A model generated the notes under the pieces. The model ran no database searches, had not been told where the DNA came from, and saw only the letters and a program-made list of their open reading frames with translations. This document shows positions 47,511-61,463 of a DNA stretch of 64,000 nucleotides, in pieces. A program made the position numbers and the translations under genes. The DNA is from Lingula anatina (taxonomy: Eukaryota > Animalia > Brachiopoda), in the NCBI GenBank assembly GCA_051362555.1, contig CM120641.1, forward strand, positions 15,066,001 to 15,130,000. The letters are read 5' to 3'. Position 1 is the first letter of the stretch. Each line of letters starts with the position of its first letter.

Positions 47511-48990
47511 CGGGATTTGGTCGTTTACCCGCTTTTTTTCTTGAAAAGATTATTTTCACAGCAGTCTGAAAATACGATTAAAGACCATTAAGATAAATGA
47601 GGTTTTTGCAATATTATTCTGAGAATTTTATAAACACTGCCTAATCGATAGCAACACATTGCGGATTACTGCTGATAAAGAATAAGACGCTGTGCTATAG
47701 ACGTCGGTTCAGGTAACTAAAAACATGAACATTTCCCAGGTAAATAAGCTAGTTTCAGGTTCACTTGACTGAAAGCTGCACTGGTATATTATGCGTTGCC
47801 CTAGAAATTGCAGAAAAACATACATGAAAAATATTACAAGGTAGGCTATGCAGATCAATAGAACTGTACTTTATAAACTGGTACTGTACTTATAATCCAA
47901 GATGTGTGAGTCAAGTGCGTGTGTTTGTTAATGAGAGAGCGAGAGAGAGATCCAAAAACAGTGGTCCAGACAACAGAATCTCAGTCATTTTGACGATAAA
48001 TATGTAGATCTAGCATAAAATGCTACTCTTAAATGCCGAAGGACGTTTTTCGGTGATTGAACGTTTTCCCCTCACAAACACCACAAGCCCCATGTGCTTA
48101 ATAGATTTGAAATAGATTCTGCCACAGATGAATAATGCCAAGTGATATTCGAGAATAGCAAATGCGGGATAGGAAACATATAAATTGCCTCGGACAATCT
48201 GTGCAAGCAAAGGCACTGAATATATTGCTGACTAGAATTCTACCAGCATTAATCTAGGGTTAATCAGGAAACTGAAAGTATCCGTGCGGCAACATGTGAA
48301 GTTCACCTTGATAATTTCTATGAAGCATCACCATGCTTTTCGCACCGTATCGCAGCATAACAGCGAATTTAATAGTGGTATAGTGAAGGACCCTACGAAG
48401 AGATAACAATTCAGTTTCTCCCAATGCCGGCAGTCGTTCTGAGAAACTAAAACAAACTTGATCTATTCAAAGCAATAAAAACGATGTATCTTCCTAATTT
48501 TCTCGATTTATAACATGGTAGATTGATCGCGTTTCTGATAAGCATAGGTCTACTAATGGTATCTAAAAAACATGCTGCGTGGCTTCAGTAGATTACACAT
48601 ACAAAATCGCAAAGGCATGGAAACACTGAGACATGATACAGAACACAAACAAACACAAACATATACATATGCACACACTCACGAACGCACACGCATACAT
48701 ACTCGCAAACACACACAGACGCAAACAAACGGACAGACACGCCTGAACAGAGAAACCATTATCGAGTGAAGTTAAAGAAAGGCGATCGTACCTGTGTCCT
48801 AATAGCGATACATCAGAAACAGTAGAACGTCCACCATTTAAGAATGTCGATCAGGATAGTGAGGAGAGTGAGCAGTTAATGAACCTCTGAAAACCAAACT
48901 GCACTGTGTATATGACCTACACTCGACACCTTCGTGTGTTTTCTCTCTCTAGTATATGTGAATTCATGAAACAAGTCTCATGCTGATGGG

Positions 48991-49090
48991 TATTTATAGC
49001 AACCACATCACTGTGACGTCAATATATAAGCTGTCTAAGCCAATCAAGGTCGACTAGGAACAACGACTCTGACGAAGAAAGCCAATGGAA
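48991..49090 (-). promoter_or_regulatory. Probable core promoter of the SBK1-like gene (TATA, CRE, CCAAT boxes)
   Basis: Minus-strand TATAAATA at 48991-48998, TGACGTCA at 49014-49021, CCAAT at about 49040 and 49082, and a half-CRE at 49070. A candidate non-coding exon ends at the donor CAG|GTAC near 48791, with an acceptor TTTTCAG near 47566. Confidence 0.55.
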
Positions 49091-52000
49091 TTAAAGACTG
49101 GGTCAAAGAAGTTTGGCGTAGTGGCTTGCGCGGGCACTTCTATCTCTCCTGAAAATGCATTGCAACACAAGCTTTTTAAGCGTCCTACAGATCTTCGGAC
49201 TCTGGAGTAAAATAAAACTGATGTTAGCGTTTTTAGAATCAACATGCAGTTATGAACATGTGCTTGTTTTGTATGGTTATCAATATTCTTTTATATGAAG
49301 AAAATAGAAGAATAAATTTCTGTCATTCCACCCGCACTTACCGTTTGTGATCCAAAGGCTCGTGTTATACCATTTCATCTGCCTTCCAACGTATACTTAA
49401 CTAGCTGAAACTCACAATAATTATGACAGGTGAGCATGTCTTTCCGTTATCTTCTGTGGAACCCCCCTTCGCCCTTGCCCCCCTCCCCCCCCCCCCCCCG
49501 AAAAAAAAACGGTACACGCGTGGAAGGAGACTAAATAATATAAGATACGTGAGTCTTTCATATTACAGTAAAATTGCCTAAAAGTAACAAATGGAAGACT
49601 GTTTTACCTCGCGATTTATTGAAAGTGAGGGCCAACTTCGTGTTCTTTCAAAGATATTTCATTAACATGTTTAATCAGGCAAGAAAAGCCTACCCCACAC
49701 CAAACCTGATAGAGCATATTAACGACCTGAATATTGGGACAGCATTCTTGGCAAGCAACTCGCCTGAGCAACGCTCATGTTTTTCACAGGCATGTCAATA
49801 ACGTATTACAAAATAACAAAGCGTTGCTATAGGAAAATCAATTTAAATTGAAAGCCTTGCCAAAGATATAAAAATGATTTACAAGAAATATATTGTATAT
49901 TGGAAAAGGTTAAAACCTTGATTGTGACTTCAGCATATGAGCTGTGAAAACAGGCAACTAAAGTTGAAACCGATTCTCAGACTACCCATGCTGATTGATT
50001 AATTTCGGAAGGGCATTGACTACTAGTCTGGTTGTTTTTAATGAGGAAAAGATCTTACAAATAGGCGTAGAAGGCCAAACCTCAGTATGCTGATCTCATC
50101 AGCACTAACGCAAATACACAGTTTGTTGATATTTTTAGTAATTTCATCATTGTAATTATATTTTTAATTTTCCCAGAAAAATACGTCATGCCATCTGATT
50201 AAAACAAACCTGTGACCCCCGAGAGAGAGAAAAAAAGATTTTTTACGCGTTTTGGATTGCACATCATCCCCAGCGCCGCCTACCTTCAACAACACATATC
50301 TTTGATATGCGAGAGCGTTTTTAATTGTATTGCATGTCACAGTAGATTGAACGCATGACGAGTTTCACGAAATTAGCGCAAAGTGGAGAAAATACTACAA
50401 CTGGAATCAATATGAAGACATAAGATGTCGTCCCAGAAGACTTTAAAAGGTCATCGCTTTAATAATTTTTTCAGTTTAACGAATAGCTCCCGAGTTGTCA
50501 AGAGAGGTGACTGATTTGTAGGGCTGTGTAGACACAATTTGAAATATTCAGACTGGATTTTGATAGAATTGATTTATTGCATTTAAGCGCCCAGATGTAC
50601 ATCGTATAAAGCATATTTAGGTATATAATACGCATAGATTGTTTTAATTGGATTTTGATTCCTTATAAACAAAAGATGGTAAGGGACCTACCAATTAAGC
50701 GTAATTAAAAAGAACTTCAGAAAAAAAGATGATATCAAATCTCACATTTCTGCATCTTAAAGGCATCTTAATATAAAGAAAACATTACAAAATTCACACC
50801 GTCCTGGGAGAACACGATGCAAGACGCCCTAAACCCACCCCTGGAAACACTACAAACATGTTGGCCTTTCCATTTCTAAGCTAATTTGAACATCAGAAAG
50901 AAAAGGAAAAAATCACACCTCTCACTGGTAAGTTTTCCTATCGACAGTAGGCGGTCCATTGTTGATCTATTTTGAGCGTTAATATCAAAATGCAAGTAGC
51001 CATAAATAGCATTAAAATAGGGTATTAATGCTATTAATGCAAGTAGCCATAAATAGCATTAATACCCTATTTGAGCTGTCTGTGACATCTAATTTTCTAG
51101 CTATGAGATAACGTCATTTCCTATCACCTTCCGCGTCAGTGTCCTTTACAGTACTTGTATGCCTTCAAATTGTGCATTGCGTGTGTAGAGATTGCTGCCT
51201 GTTTGAGCAATTTTAAAATTTCTCCGCTGAGAACATTATAACATTTAACGAAAATTTGTCTCACCGAAGTTATGTTGGCTGGAAGCGTTAAAGCACTCGT
51301 TACGTGATTATTGAAAATAACAACAACACAAAGGTATCCAAAAAACATACACTGTTTTAGCTGGCACTTGCAATTTGTATCCTCCTCCTTACACACACAA
51401 ATATGCATCGCATGCACAAAACACACATGCACATTAGGAATTGATTATATTTTAATGCTCTTAGTTACCATTATCTGAAGGGCGTCGAAAGGTTATGCTG
51501 TTTCTCATAAAAAGCGCAATTATTGAAATGTCAACTTAATAATTAATTTCGTACTTCCTTCCATTATGACTAATTCATTGTTGAAAATGAACATTAAGAA
51601 GAAAGACGTTTCGTATCTTTGTTTTTTTATTGTCAAAATGTATTCTTATAATGCAATAGCCCTGTTGTTTTGTCTAGTTCTTCCTTTTCCATAGCTCATC
51701 ACAAGACTTTGTTTCATCAGCTATCAATACTTACTAGTCGATTATCATTTGATAATATTTATAACAGATCAGACTGACATTCATATTCATGACGTCAATC
51801 CCATGACATCAACCTGCCATTGGCCCTGGCAATACAAAAATAGCACCCAATTATACTTGAACGGGGATAAAAAGTGAAATAATTGACGGTGGATAGAGTC
51901 GCAAAAACTTATTCCTCTGATTCCTATTGCTTTAGATCGTGTAATGGTTGGCCGAATTATACTGTGGGTACATTGATGCAAAATAACATTTGTAACCCTA

Positions 52001-55000
52001 AATTTTTCGAATCAAATTTGCATTAAAATCTCGCCTTGCGAACTTATTTAAAACCCATGTATATTCTTAATTGTATGGACTGGTCTGGCTTATGGCATAA
52101 GTACGTTTACAATCTTCTGGACGTTGTGTAGCGCCCTTATCGAAACTGCTTTGTATTGACGACTGAATAGCTATCACTTGTTAAGAAAAGAACTTCATTA
52201 CACATCCATCAATATTCAATAATAACAAAACCATAAGGACCCATACTAAATCAAATCTAACTTCTCATCTTGCATACCATTAAATGTAGATTCTGATAGG
52301 TCAACCAATACGAAGAGATTTGTATTATATCAAATATCAAATGTTCATCATTGAGTCGCCTTAGTTTGTAATTTTCAAAGGATTTATCTGTAAGTAACTC
52401 CGAGATACGGTAGTAACATTTTAAGATCGTTTTATCCTGACATCGATTTCCATCGTAAGTAAGACCATCAAGAATCCATCGTAGTTATTTCCACTGACAA
52501 AACGTATCGTCCTTAATGCTGATTAAGCAACGTCTGATAAGCTTTGGGATATTAACCTACGATAAATTTGATATGTTGATTAGGATTCGTTCTTGGACAA
52601 CATTCCCCGTCGCTGAACAGAATTCGAAGAAACATCGACAGAACGCAGAAGGTCAGGAAATTCGTCTGTCTTCTTGGAGGTGTGGATGTCGCCTTTGCGT
52701 GACGTCGGTAGGGACAATGGCTCTAATGAATTTCCATCTGGAAACAATTCTAAATATAACAGAAACGCCGTAACTCAACTGCAGATAGAAAGTTGAAGGC
52801 CAGGTCCCACAGCAAAAGTATGCTTTCATTTGGCTAATATGTGCATTCTTCTGTAGCTTTTAAGTTATTTCGTCAGGAAAGACCGTTGTGCTTCATAAAG
52901 AATACATTATTAAATTCTGACCGTTCTTCCGTAGACGCTGCAAGACGGCCTTAATTCACTCTCGATGCGCGGTAAACTGAAGAATCATTGAATATAGCTA
53001 ACAACGTATATCATTATAAGTTCTCGATCTAATTCTACCTAACACATAGGCTAAGGTGTTTGTGTCCATGATTTCTATTACTTACCATCAACCCGTGAGT
53101 GGCTGAATTTACTGTACATGTTGGAATGATATCTTCACTCAAACTATTATTTTGGTAAGTTGGTCTAACTAAAAGGACTGGTTACTTTAACGAAACTGTT
53201 CACGTCAGAAAATTTAGTCCGAAAGGAAATGCGTGTATTCCGTTATGCATGTCCCTAAAATAATTGTATTACATGTGTATGTTCTTGTCTCTATAAATAA
53301 CATAATGTACAGGTTGAAGACTTTGTAATTTCCTATATGACGTCATTCATGAGGAGAAACGACTTTATTATTAGCCGTAGATGTCGTAACTGTGTCAGAT
53401 AATTGCAAACACCATCCCAATTTTCTTGCATTTGTAAAACGAATTTCTGCGTTGAATATTTTCTCTTTCTTAGCATCATCTGTAATTAGAAACACAAATG
53501 GCGACTTTTTCTGGAACCAAAATAAAGCTTTTACATTAAAATATGATTATTCGAATCAGTTAGTTTAAATATGCTTCGCTAAATACAATGAAACTTTGCA
53601 CCGGGGGACTAATAACAACCGGAAACGGTAATGAATATCTGTTGGATTGGATTTGATCTGGATACTTGTTTTTAAGATAAATAGATTAGTAAACATACAA
53701 ATTAATGAAGTAATTTTTTTTTAAAGTAATAAGAGCCGACATTGGACATTTAGGAAGAAATATCGAAAGTGCGCTCAAAATGTGCATCCTAGGTTTTTCG
53801 AGCCAAAAAATCGCTCCTTATGACATATACGGAATGCATTCTGTAACAGAATAAATTGTTTTTTATTCCAAGACTACTGTGCATATCATGCATATGTGGT
53901 GTAAAAGGTAATATTAACCATTCAACACCTATCTCGTGACAGACAACAGTGGAAGACCTTTGTTGATAGCCTGGACGCCAGACGGTGTAAAAAGAATTAA
54001 TGATAGTGGTGTAAAAGGTAACGTTGACCATCAACTAAATTCAATTAAGAATGGTTTACAGATCAAACAAGTAGAATTTTAGATATGCACATGTACATGT
54101 ATACCTACAATTATCGTGGACAGTAAGGAAGATCTGTAACTCTTAAAAAACCTTAAACTACCTGTAACATGCCAATAGACAGTCCAATTCTTCAAAGCAC
54201 ATTAAACTGTGATTTTACAGAGTATATGTAGACACGCAGAAAGCGTCTCAATTTTTCGAAATTGAAAGAGGAAGAAGGCTTTCTTGATGGCACCAATATA
54301 TGTTTGTTAATAAAAGGCTAGAGGATACGGTGAGTAGTTAGAGTAATAAATGTACAGAAGGGAGACCAAATAAAAAAGAACTATAATACACGATGGAATA
54401 CCTCCAATTTCAACACTGATTACTCATTCTTGAAGCAATTTCTAGGTCTCTGTCACTGTGCCAATCATCACAGATACTTAAGGTTAAGGTTGCCCACTAC
54501 TTCCAGCTGAAGGATGCTTGTTACATTGTAAGATTACTGATTGTTGTTAGAGCTCCTCAACAGGATGATTCAAATTTTGCTAAGTTTAGTTTACTCAATC
54601 TCAACGTTACGAATGATAATGCCGGGTATTGAATTAAACGACACCCACTCTCTTCCTGGCGATCCACTGACGAAGAATTTACTTCATTTTTGCAATGAGG
54701 TTACTTTTAGCCCTCCTCCATCATCTTTTCTAGCAACTTCTATCAGTGATTCTTTGATCAGTGCGTGAATTTAGATGACAATGCAACTTGTTACATTGTT
54801 AACCAATATCCTCCTAGACAAAATTGTGTACCCCCCCCCAAAAAAAAAAAAAAAAAAAAAATTACCGAAGGGTGAGTAATATGATCGGAGGCCCACATTA
54901 TCCCCAAAACTATACGGTTCTTAGCTGCGTAGGGGGTTGAGGAGGAGGGGAAGAAAAATTGGGCACATTTCTGAGCCAGAGCTGTGTAATCAGAGTGCTG

Positions 55001-58000
55001 AGCACTAAAACTGTACATTATTACACCTGGCTAGAATCGATGTTTGAGTGGGCATGATGATTCACGGGAAACATGCTCCTGCTTCGGTGAAATTCGAACA
55101 CATTTACCTGGTTGTTTACACCTGTTTCCAACTTACAATAATAATATTTGTTACATTAATCCCGATGATATTATACCTGGGAGTGAATTTTAAATGGTGC
55201 CTGTTTAGGGGCAAGAAGGTGTTGTTAATCTTCTTCGGCATAAGAAAAGCTATCAAAATATCCAGTAAGCAGTTCTTGTTGGTGTTTATGTTCAGACAGA
55301 GCGCAGTTTGAAATAAGACGCCAGAGCTACAAAATGTGACCTGAAACGTTTGGATGTTTTTTCCCTAGATAAGAAACGATGCTAAATCTAATCGATAGAC
55401 TTGCCATTTGAGTAGCAGAAATGGATGCATACATCCGTTGTAACTTAATCTTATTCTGCACACCTTTTAGTTTCTTTCAGGAAATGTGCGGTTCCATTCG
55501 CCTGGCAGTGTTTTAATGCACACAACACTGTCTAAATAGATACGATTAAAACAAGCTACCTGAAATATAATCTGAAATATGATGTTTGCAGTAATTATTC
55601 TATAATCACGTGTAAACTCGGTACATTTTAGAATCCAACTGAAAGGAAAAATAGGCATCTTCCAATACCTACCTTACCTTTTATGTCATTAAAAACACTT
55701 CAAGCTCTCTGAAAATCTTCGCGGATGTGTTACGTACATAGGTAACTTATTCAACTGTAAAATTGGTTGTGAGCTTTTCATTTAGGTCTTACCTGATGTA
55801 TGCAACTATAAATTTAAAATACAAAAATGGTTCGGTTCATTTCTATTGGGATATTTTCGTGCAGGTTTGTACACATCCTTTCTGAGAACTATCATATATT
55901 GATTGTGTTGTGAATCCCAATATAAATACTGATATTTTGGCGCCCAAACACGATCATTCTTAAAAATGAAATATTTAGGCACGCATGAGGTTAACAACAA
56001 CAACACTTCAAAACTTTTGAGGGAATAATGTTCACCCACCCTAAGTTTGCTTTGATCTTATCAAATAAAGTTTACATCTGGGTCACAACGGGAAATTAAT
56101 GTGAAGTGCCAAACATGGTTGCCATCCAAATGGGTACTACATATAACAGGAGTTTAAACATGAGTAAGGCTTTCCGGGTACGACTGTCCATGTCAAACCG
56201 CCTTCGTCCTTATCTTTCACCAGCCTGGATATAACGACTACTTCAAAACACTGGTGCAAGAACATGTACCGGTTGTTCTGTGCCCGAATTCCAAAAACCA
56301 GGCAACGAAATATTTTCTATTTTTGTTTTCTGTAAATGTCAACTGGCAAGTAGCCGCTTATGGTATCCAACTATCTGTTGGCATTGTAGAAGAAGTTTAG
56401 TTTAGGTTTGTTGAATATTGAATACCAATCCAGCTTAAGTGTAGATTCTAAGAAGCAAAATTGTAACACGGTTACAATATATCAAAACGGACTCGAATTG
56501 AGGAAAATTTAAGAGAGATAAGGTTACTGTTGCGTAAAGCTCACGGACACAACCGATTTTATACTGTGCTCCTGAATACAAACGTCAGCGTGTAGCGAGA
56601 AGCTGAAACCTGCTCCTCTGTTCCTTCAATATTAAGGAATAGCGGTGAATGTCAGAGGTGGAAAAATACAGTAATTGGACGTTATATGGTTCCTCCAGTA
56701 CATGCAAATTAATGACGCTTATTTCTTGTACTCGAAAACAATAAGCTTAGGAATATTATCCTGACTTTTTCTTCCGCTATTTTAATGAATATAAACCTAT
56801 ATGTCAATAATATCGACATAATAAAAGGCATCAACTTGATTATTTTGCATTTAATAACAGTGCTCATATACGGCAAGTCACGAAGATACCTAAGATTGAA
56901 CTACATAAACTTAATGAGCGTGTAACAGCTCGCTTGTAATGAGCTTTTCTCTTTCATTTTTGTCTGACGAAAAAGAAGCATTTTTGCCTTTAAACACATC
57001 CTTCTGTTTACTGAGTGCTTTGTCATGTTGAATGTTTCTCACGACGACACTTGGTTTCATCTTCCATCGTTTTTTTTTTAATTCAGCAGTCATTAGCCTA
57101 ATTGAGGATTGTTAAACTTAGTTGTCTTTGCTCGTCAGTAGTATTCAGAACGCAATATCATATACAAGTAAGAAGGGTTTCTCTGTATCATAATGTGTAA
57201 CAGCACTACAGAATTTCAAAACGGGCTAAATCGTCTTTGATCTGTGTTGGATATGTACATGGACATGACGTTTATTGACAAAATCAGAGGGCTGAACCAG
57301 TAACACTGATCAGTAATGGGCCTATATTTTGTGGTTTATCGTGTCTATAATGATACACGGTAAATATGTAATGAGGCTAGATTACTGATCTTTTTCCTCC
57401 AAAACTGTTCACCTCGACACCTCATGTTTTAATACCCCTGAATAGATAAACCAAAACGTTCTTATATTTTCAGGATTTTTCAAATGAGGATCATCCTGCA
57501 TGACGTCATACAGGACTACAGTAGATAACGTGCTATCAAGAATCCACGTAAACAGAGGTTAGCCTACTAGTTATATGGGTAAAACTCTATTGGCTGGAAA
57601 TGTCATTTAATAGTGCAATACAAAAGTGACACGCAAGACATTGTGGATTCGTACTGTTGTACATGTACAATGCACTGTATATTTCTACAGAAAATGGTTT
57701 TACGCCAGGTCGCGAGACTTGTATCTCATCGCAGCAATGTGATTTATTTCAGGATTATCGCAGCCTGTTAACTAATATCTGAGCAAATAGTGCAAAATAT
57801 AATAAGGGAAGTGTTTATACGGGGTATGGGTCAGAATAAATTGGACAAATCACAAACAAAACATTGCACATGGTCTGTTCCTTTGAACTTGTAAACTGAA
57901 AAGATGACACTTACACTTGCCATTCACTTGCCATACGTATTATCATCTGATTAAGGAAGACGCCTTAGTAATGTTATAATTAATTAGTTAATTAGATTGA

Positions 58001-58905
58001 AAACAAGACAAGGTTATGAGTAGGTGTGAAATACCCCAATAACATGAAAATAGCACACCTTGCGTTTTTCTTTTCCGAAGGGTATCAACTAAACCTGAGA
58101 TATTTGACATTTAGCAAGGTGGGCTTCATCGAAGGTTAAAGATCCATAATCGCACTCAGTGTTTGGTGCACCTCACACTGGAAATATGATTTGATCCTTA
58201 TTTCATTTTAACGATCGTTTGATGTATTCAAAGCTGACAGCATCCCGGACAACCGTCCATGTCAAAGTTTATTTTTTGACTTTTTTTGTCATACTTAAAT
58301 GGATAATAGCTCTTCGCGTGAGATCCATATTTCACAGTAAATACCCTATAAACAACTCATAGAAATATATTAAATTCTATTTTATCACCAAAACGGTGGT
58401 TATTTTGGAAGCTGTGCTTGCCATCGGACCACGTGACCTCCATAGATGGCTACCCATGTAATAATCTATGAAGAGACTATTAAAAAAAAACAGGGTTTAA
58501 ATTTGAATGTCGGAACGGATTCATTAACCGTTGGTAACTAAGTATTGGAAAATTGTCGTTTACCCTAGGAAAATCCATTTTTGGCCAAAATTAACAGTTG
58601 GCATCCTTTTAACAAACACAAATATTGCAGTCTTGTCCTAACAACTGCAAAGAGCTAGCAACAGGTTGACATACTGATATTTGCGAAACGCCATCTATTT
58701 ATTTTTTAAATTTAGGATTCTTCAGGTAAGGTTCATCATTAACCTTACAGACTTCATTGTTCAACCGTAACTTTATCTTGCGATCATGACTAGGGTTAAA
58801 AACAGACAGAAAAGTTATTTGGATCCTTCATTTAGGCACATGTCAGCGGCAATCAAAGAGGCAATGGACTGTCCTTTCTAAAGGTAACAAGTCCACAATT
58901 TTGCA

Positions 58906-58907
<2 letters not shown>

Positions 58908-58981
<74 letters not shown>
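58908..58981. repeat. (AT)n microsatellite
   Basis: Perfect dinucleotide run of about 36 units. Confidence 0.95.
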
Positions 58982-58982
<1 letters not shown>

Positions 58983-61268
58983 TTTACTACTCAATGTGCC
59001 TATTCTAAAATCCTTTTTATTTATTTATTTATTTTTTTTCATCTTTATTGAGGACCAACGGCTTTGTCGACAAAGAACCATCTACTAGTATATTCTGCAC
59101 ATAAACGAACGTGTCTCATGAAGCGTTTACGGTGCCCTGGGTAAGGTGCCTCGACGCTGCCAATGATCGATGACCATTAAGCTGTATAAATACTCCTCAC
59201 TTAAAGGATGGGAGATATGAGAAGGTCATTAATTCACGCCCTGTGTATCAAAGAACCAACGAAGAAGCTGAATAACGTTCAATTTTAAATGAGACAAAAT
59301 CCTATTCAGAATTAGGAACCACTTTTCATGTGACAAAAGCCATTGGCATTTTATAAAACCGTTTTGCGTCCGACACACGTTCACAAACAAAGGTACGGTT
59401 GTTTTTTTTTTCACATCTAATAGCATCTTCACAGTTGGTAATATCATCATAGCTTCTCTATGCTAAATCCTGCTTTCTTTTTACGGGTCATAATGCCATT
59501 AATGATTGCAGTAATGGACCATATCGCACACAGGGAGAACGTTAAGTACAGTATGCTGCACTTAAAAGATTCAAATTATATCACCTTCTTTAGGACGAAT
59601 GCGGTCCGGACACCAATTTCGATTGTAGACATTAGTTAAAATTGCTCAAGCCATTAAGCCAGTGAATATGATAGAACTTTGTTTTGTTGTGATTTCTTCG
59701 AATATGCTACACTTAAATGAAGCAAAAGTATCACCTTCCTTTGGACAGACAGAGCCAAAACATCGGCTTTAATTATTGACATTAATTAGAATCGTTAAGA
59801 CATTGGGAATAACTGCACTTAATGATCTGTTGTAATATCGTCAAATGGTGTTTTTTCTCTCAAAGCCATATACTGAAACGTAAAATGCAGTTATCGTGTC
59901 CACGTTGTCTTCCTTCCTTTGAAGTCCCAGCTACACAAACAATAAAGTCTCTTAAATGTTTCTCAAACCATTTCCCGCAAGTTGTTTTCATAATTATAGT
60001 TACTCAAATGAAAAGGCATTCATTAATGTGCTATTATTTTAACAAGCGGCACGCAATTTCTGTTCTTAATAAGAGAGATATAGTTCATTTTCCAAGTTAT
60101 TATCTTTGACCGCGATTCCATACACAGTCTCTAGCAAGGGTTACGCCATTACTCATAGCTGTATCTTTTCATTGGACTGTGTGAGGATTCAGACGTGCGC
60201 ACGGTGCTTTCGCGAAAGATAACACAAGCTGTTTGAGACAGTGGTGTGTGGCCTTTTGAGCTGTCTGGGTCCTGCTTTTCCAATCAAAGCAGCAGTGCTG
60301 TTGAGTTTGTCAGGTAAAAGCCTGCGTCAGTAAAAAAAGGTCAAGTCACCTCTGAGGTTTTGCCAGAAACCGAGTAGTCTGCCAACACATATCTCTTTCA
60401 ACGGCCGTCCTCGGCAGTTTTTTCAAAGGTCAAGACGAGGGTATTTAATAAATTTAATGTATCGCTGCCACTGCCTTTCCTCCTGCACTGTTTTATTAAA
60501 GAGATTAGAAACGAATGTGACATTGACAATAATATTATGGCACATGCGGCAAACGTAGTGGTGCACACGCACTACTACAAGCATACACCCTGTTATAACG
60601 CATCAATATACCAGAAAACCTGAAACATGATTTTCATGGCCACCAATGAATGTGTTAAGTAATTCCATATGGTTTACCTTGGCTAGAACCATGTTTTTAC
60701 GACGTGCTTTTTCTAGCCTTCTACTCTTGCCAGCTTTAGTTTCAAAAAGACGTTACTACTCTAAAATCGCCGGGCATTGCTTAATATAGCCAAGGGCATG
60801 GTTTTTCTATTCCGAGGGGGCAAATATTTCCAACAAATGGGATAACAAAATAACCATACGGTCTTCGTGTCGGTGAAGTATATGTAATGTACCATCTTTT
60901 GTTTTACTCTCAGTTTTTTTAACGATCGCTAATGTATATAGAACAAAAACTTCATGGTGAAACTTCTAAATTGTTTGTATCATATGTGATGACATCGTGT
61001 ATAGCCTATTCAAGACTGAACCCATTTCTGTTGGTTACCTGGCAATATAGGCTAAAGGGTTTGAATCACACGTACTAATGTCACACCAATGTCATGTCTT
61101 CGGCCTATAGGCTATTAAAGACTGGGCCCATCTCTGTCGGTTATACCTGACTGTAACGACTATAGACTCTAAAGGCTAAAGGTTATGTATAATATGTCAT
61201 GGCATAGTGTATTCAAGACTGGACCCATCTATGTTGGTTACAGTGCCTGCTTTTGGTTTAAAAACAAA

Positions 61269-61463
61269 GAGCTCATTCAGACGCCTCCACACGCGCCATT
61301 GAACGGATTGAATCACTGAGGTTTAATTGCTAGACCCCTGCAAGGACGGCGCTTGTGGAGGCGGGAGACCACCAGCGGATTAGTCGGCTCTTCTTTCATG
61401 TAGGGTCCGCCATATTTAATCCGTGGATCAGAAATCCTCGGATCTTCTACTCTGAATGGGCTC
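61269..61463. mobile_element. Diverged MITE related to the elements at 28108 and 31653
   Basis: TIRs GAGCTCATTCAGA and TCTGAATGGGCTC. Internal GAGGCGGGAGACCA...TCTTTCATGTA...TCCGCCATATTTA resembles 28255-28430. Confidence 0.6.

Noticed and set aside
48572-48769. His/Thr-rich 65-aa ORF
   Set aside because: It is the translation of a degenerate (CA)-rich simple repeat in the probable first intron of the kinase gene.
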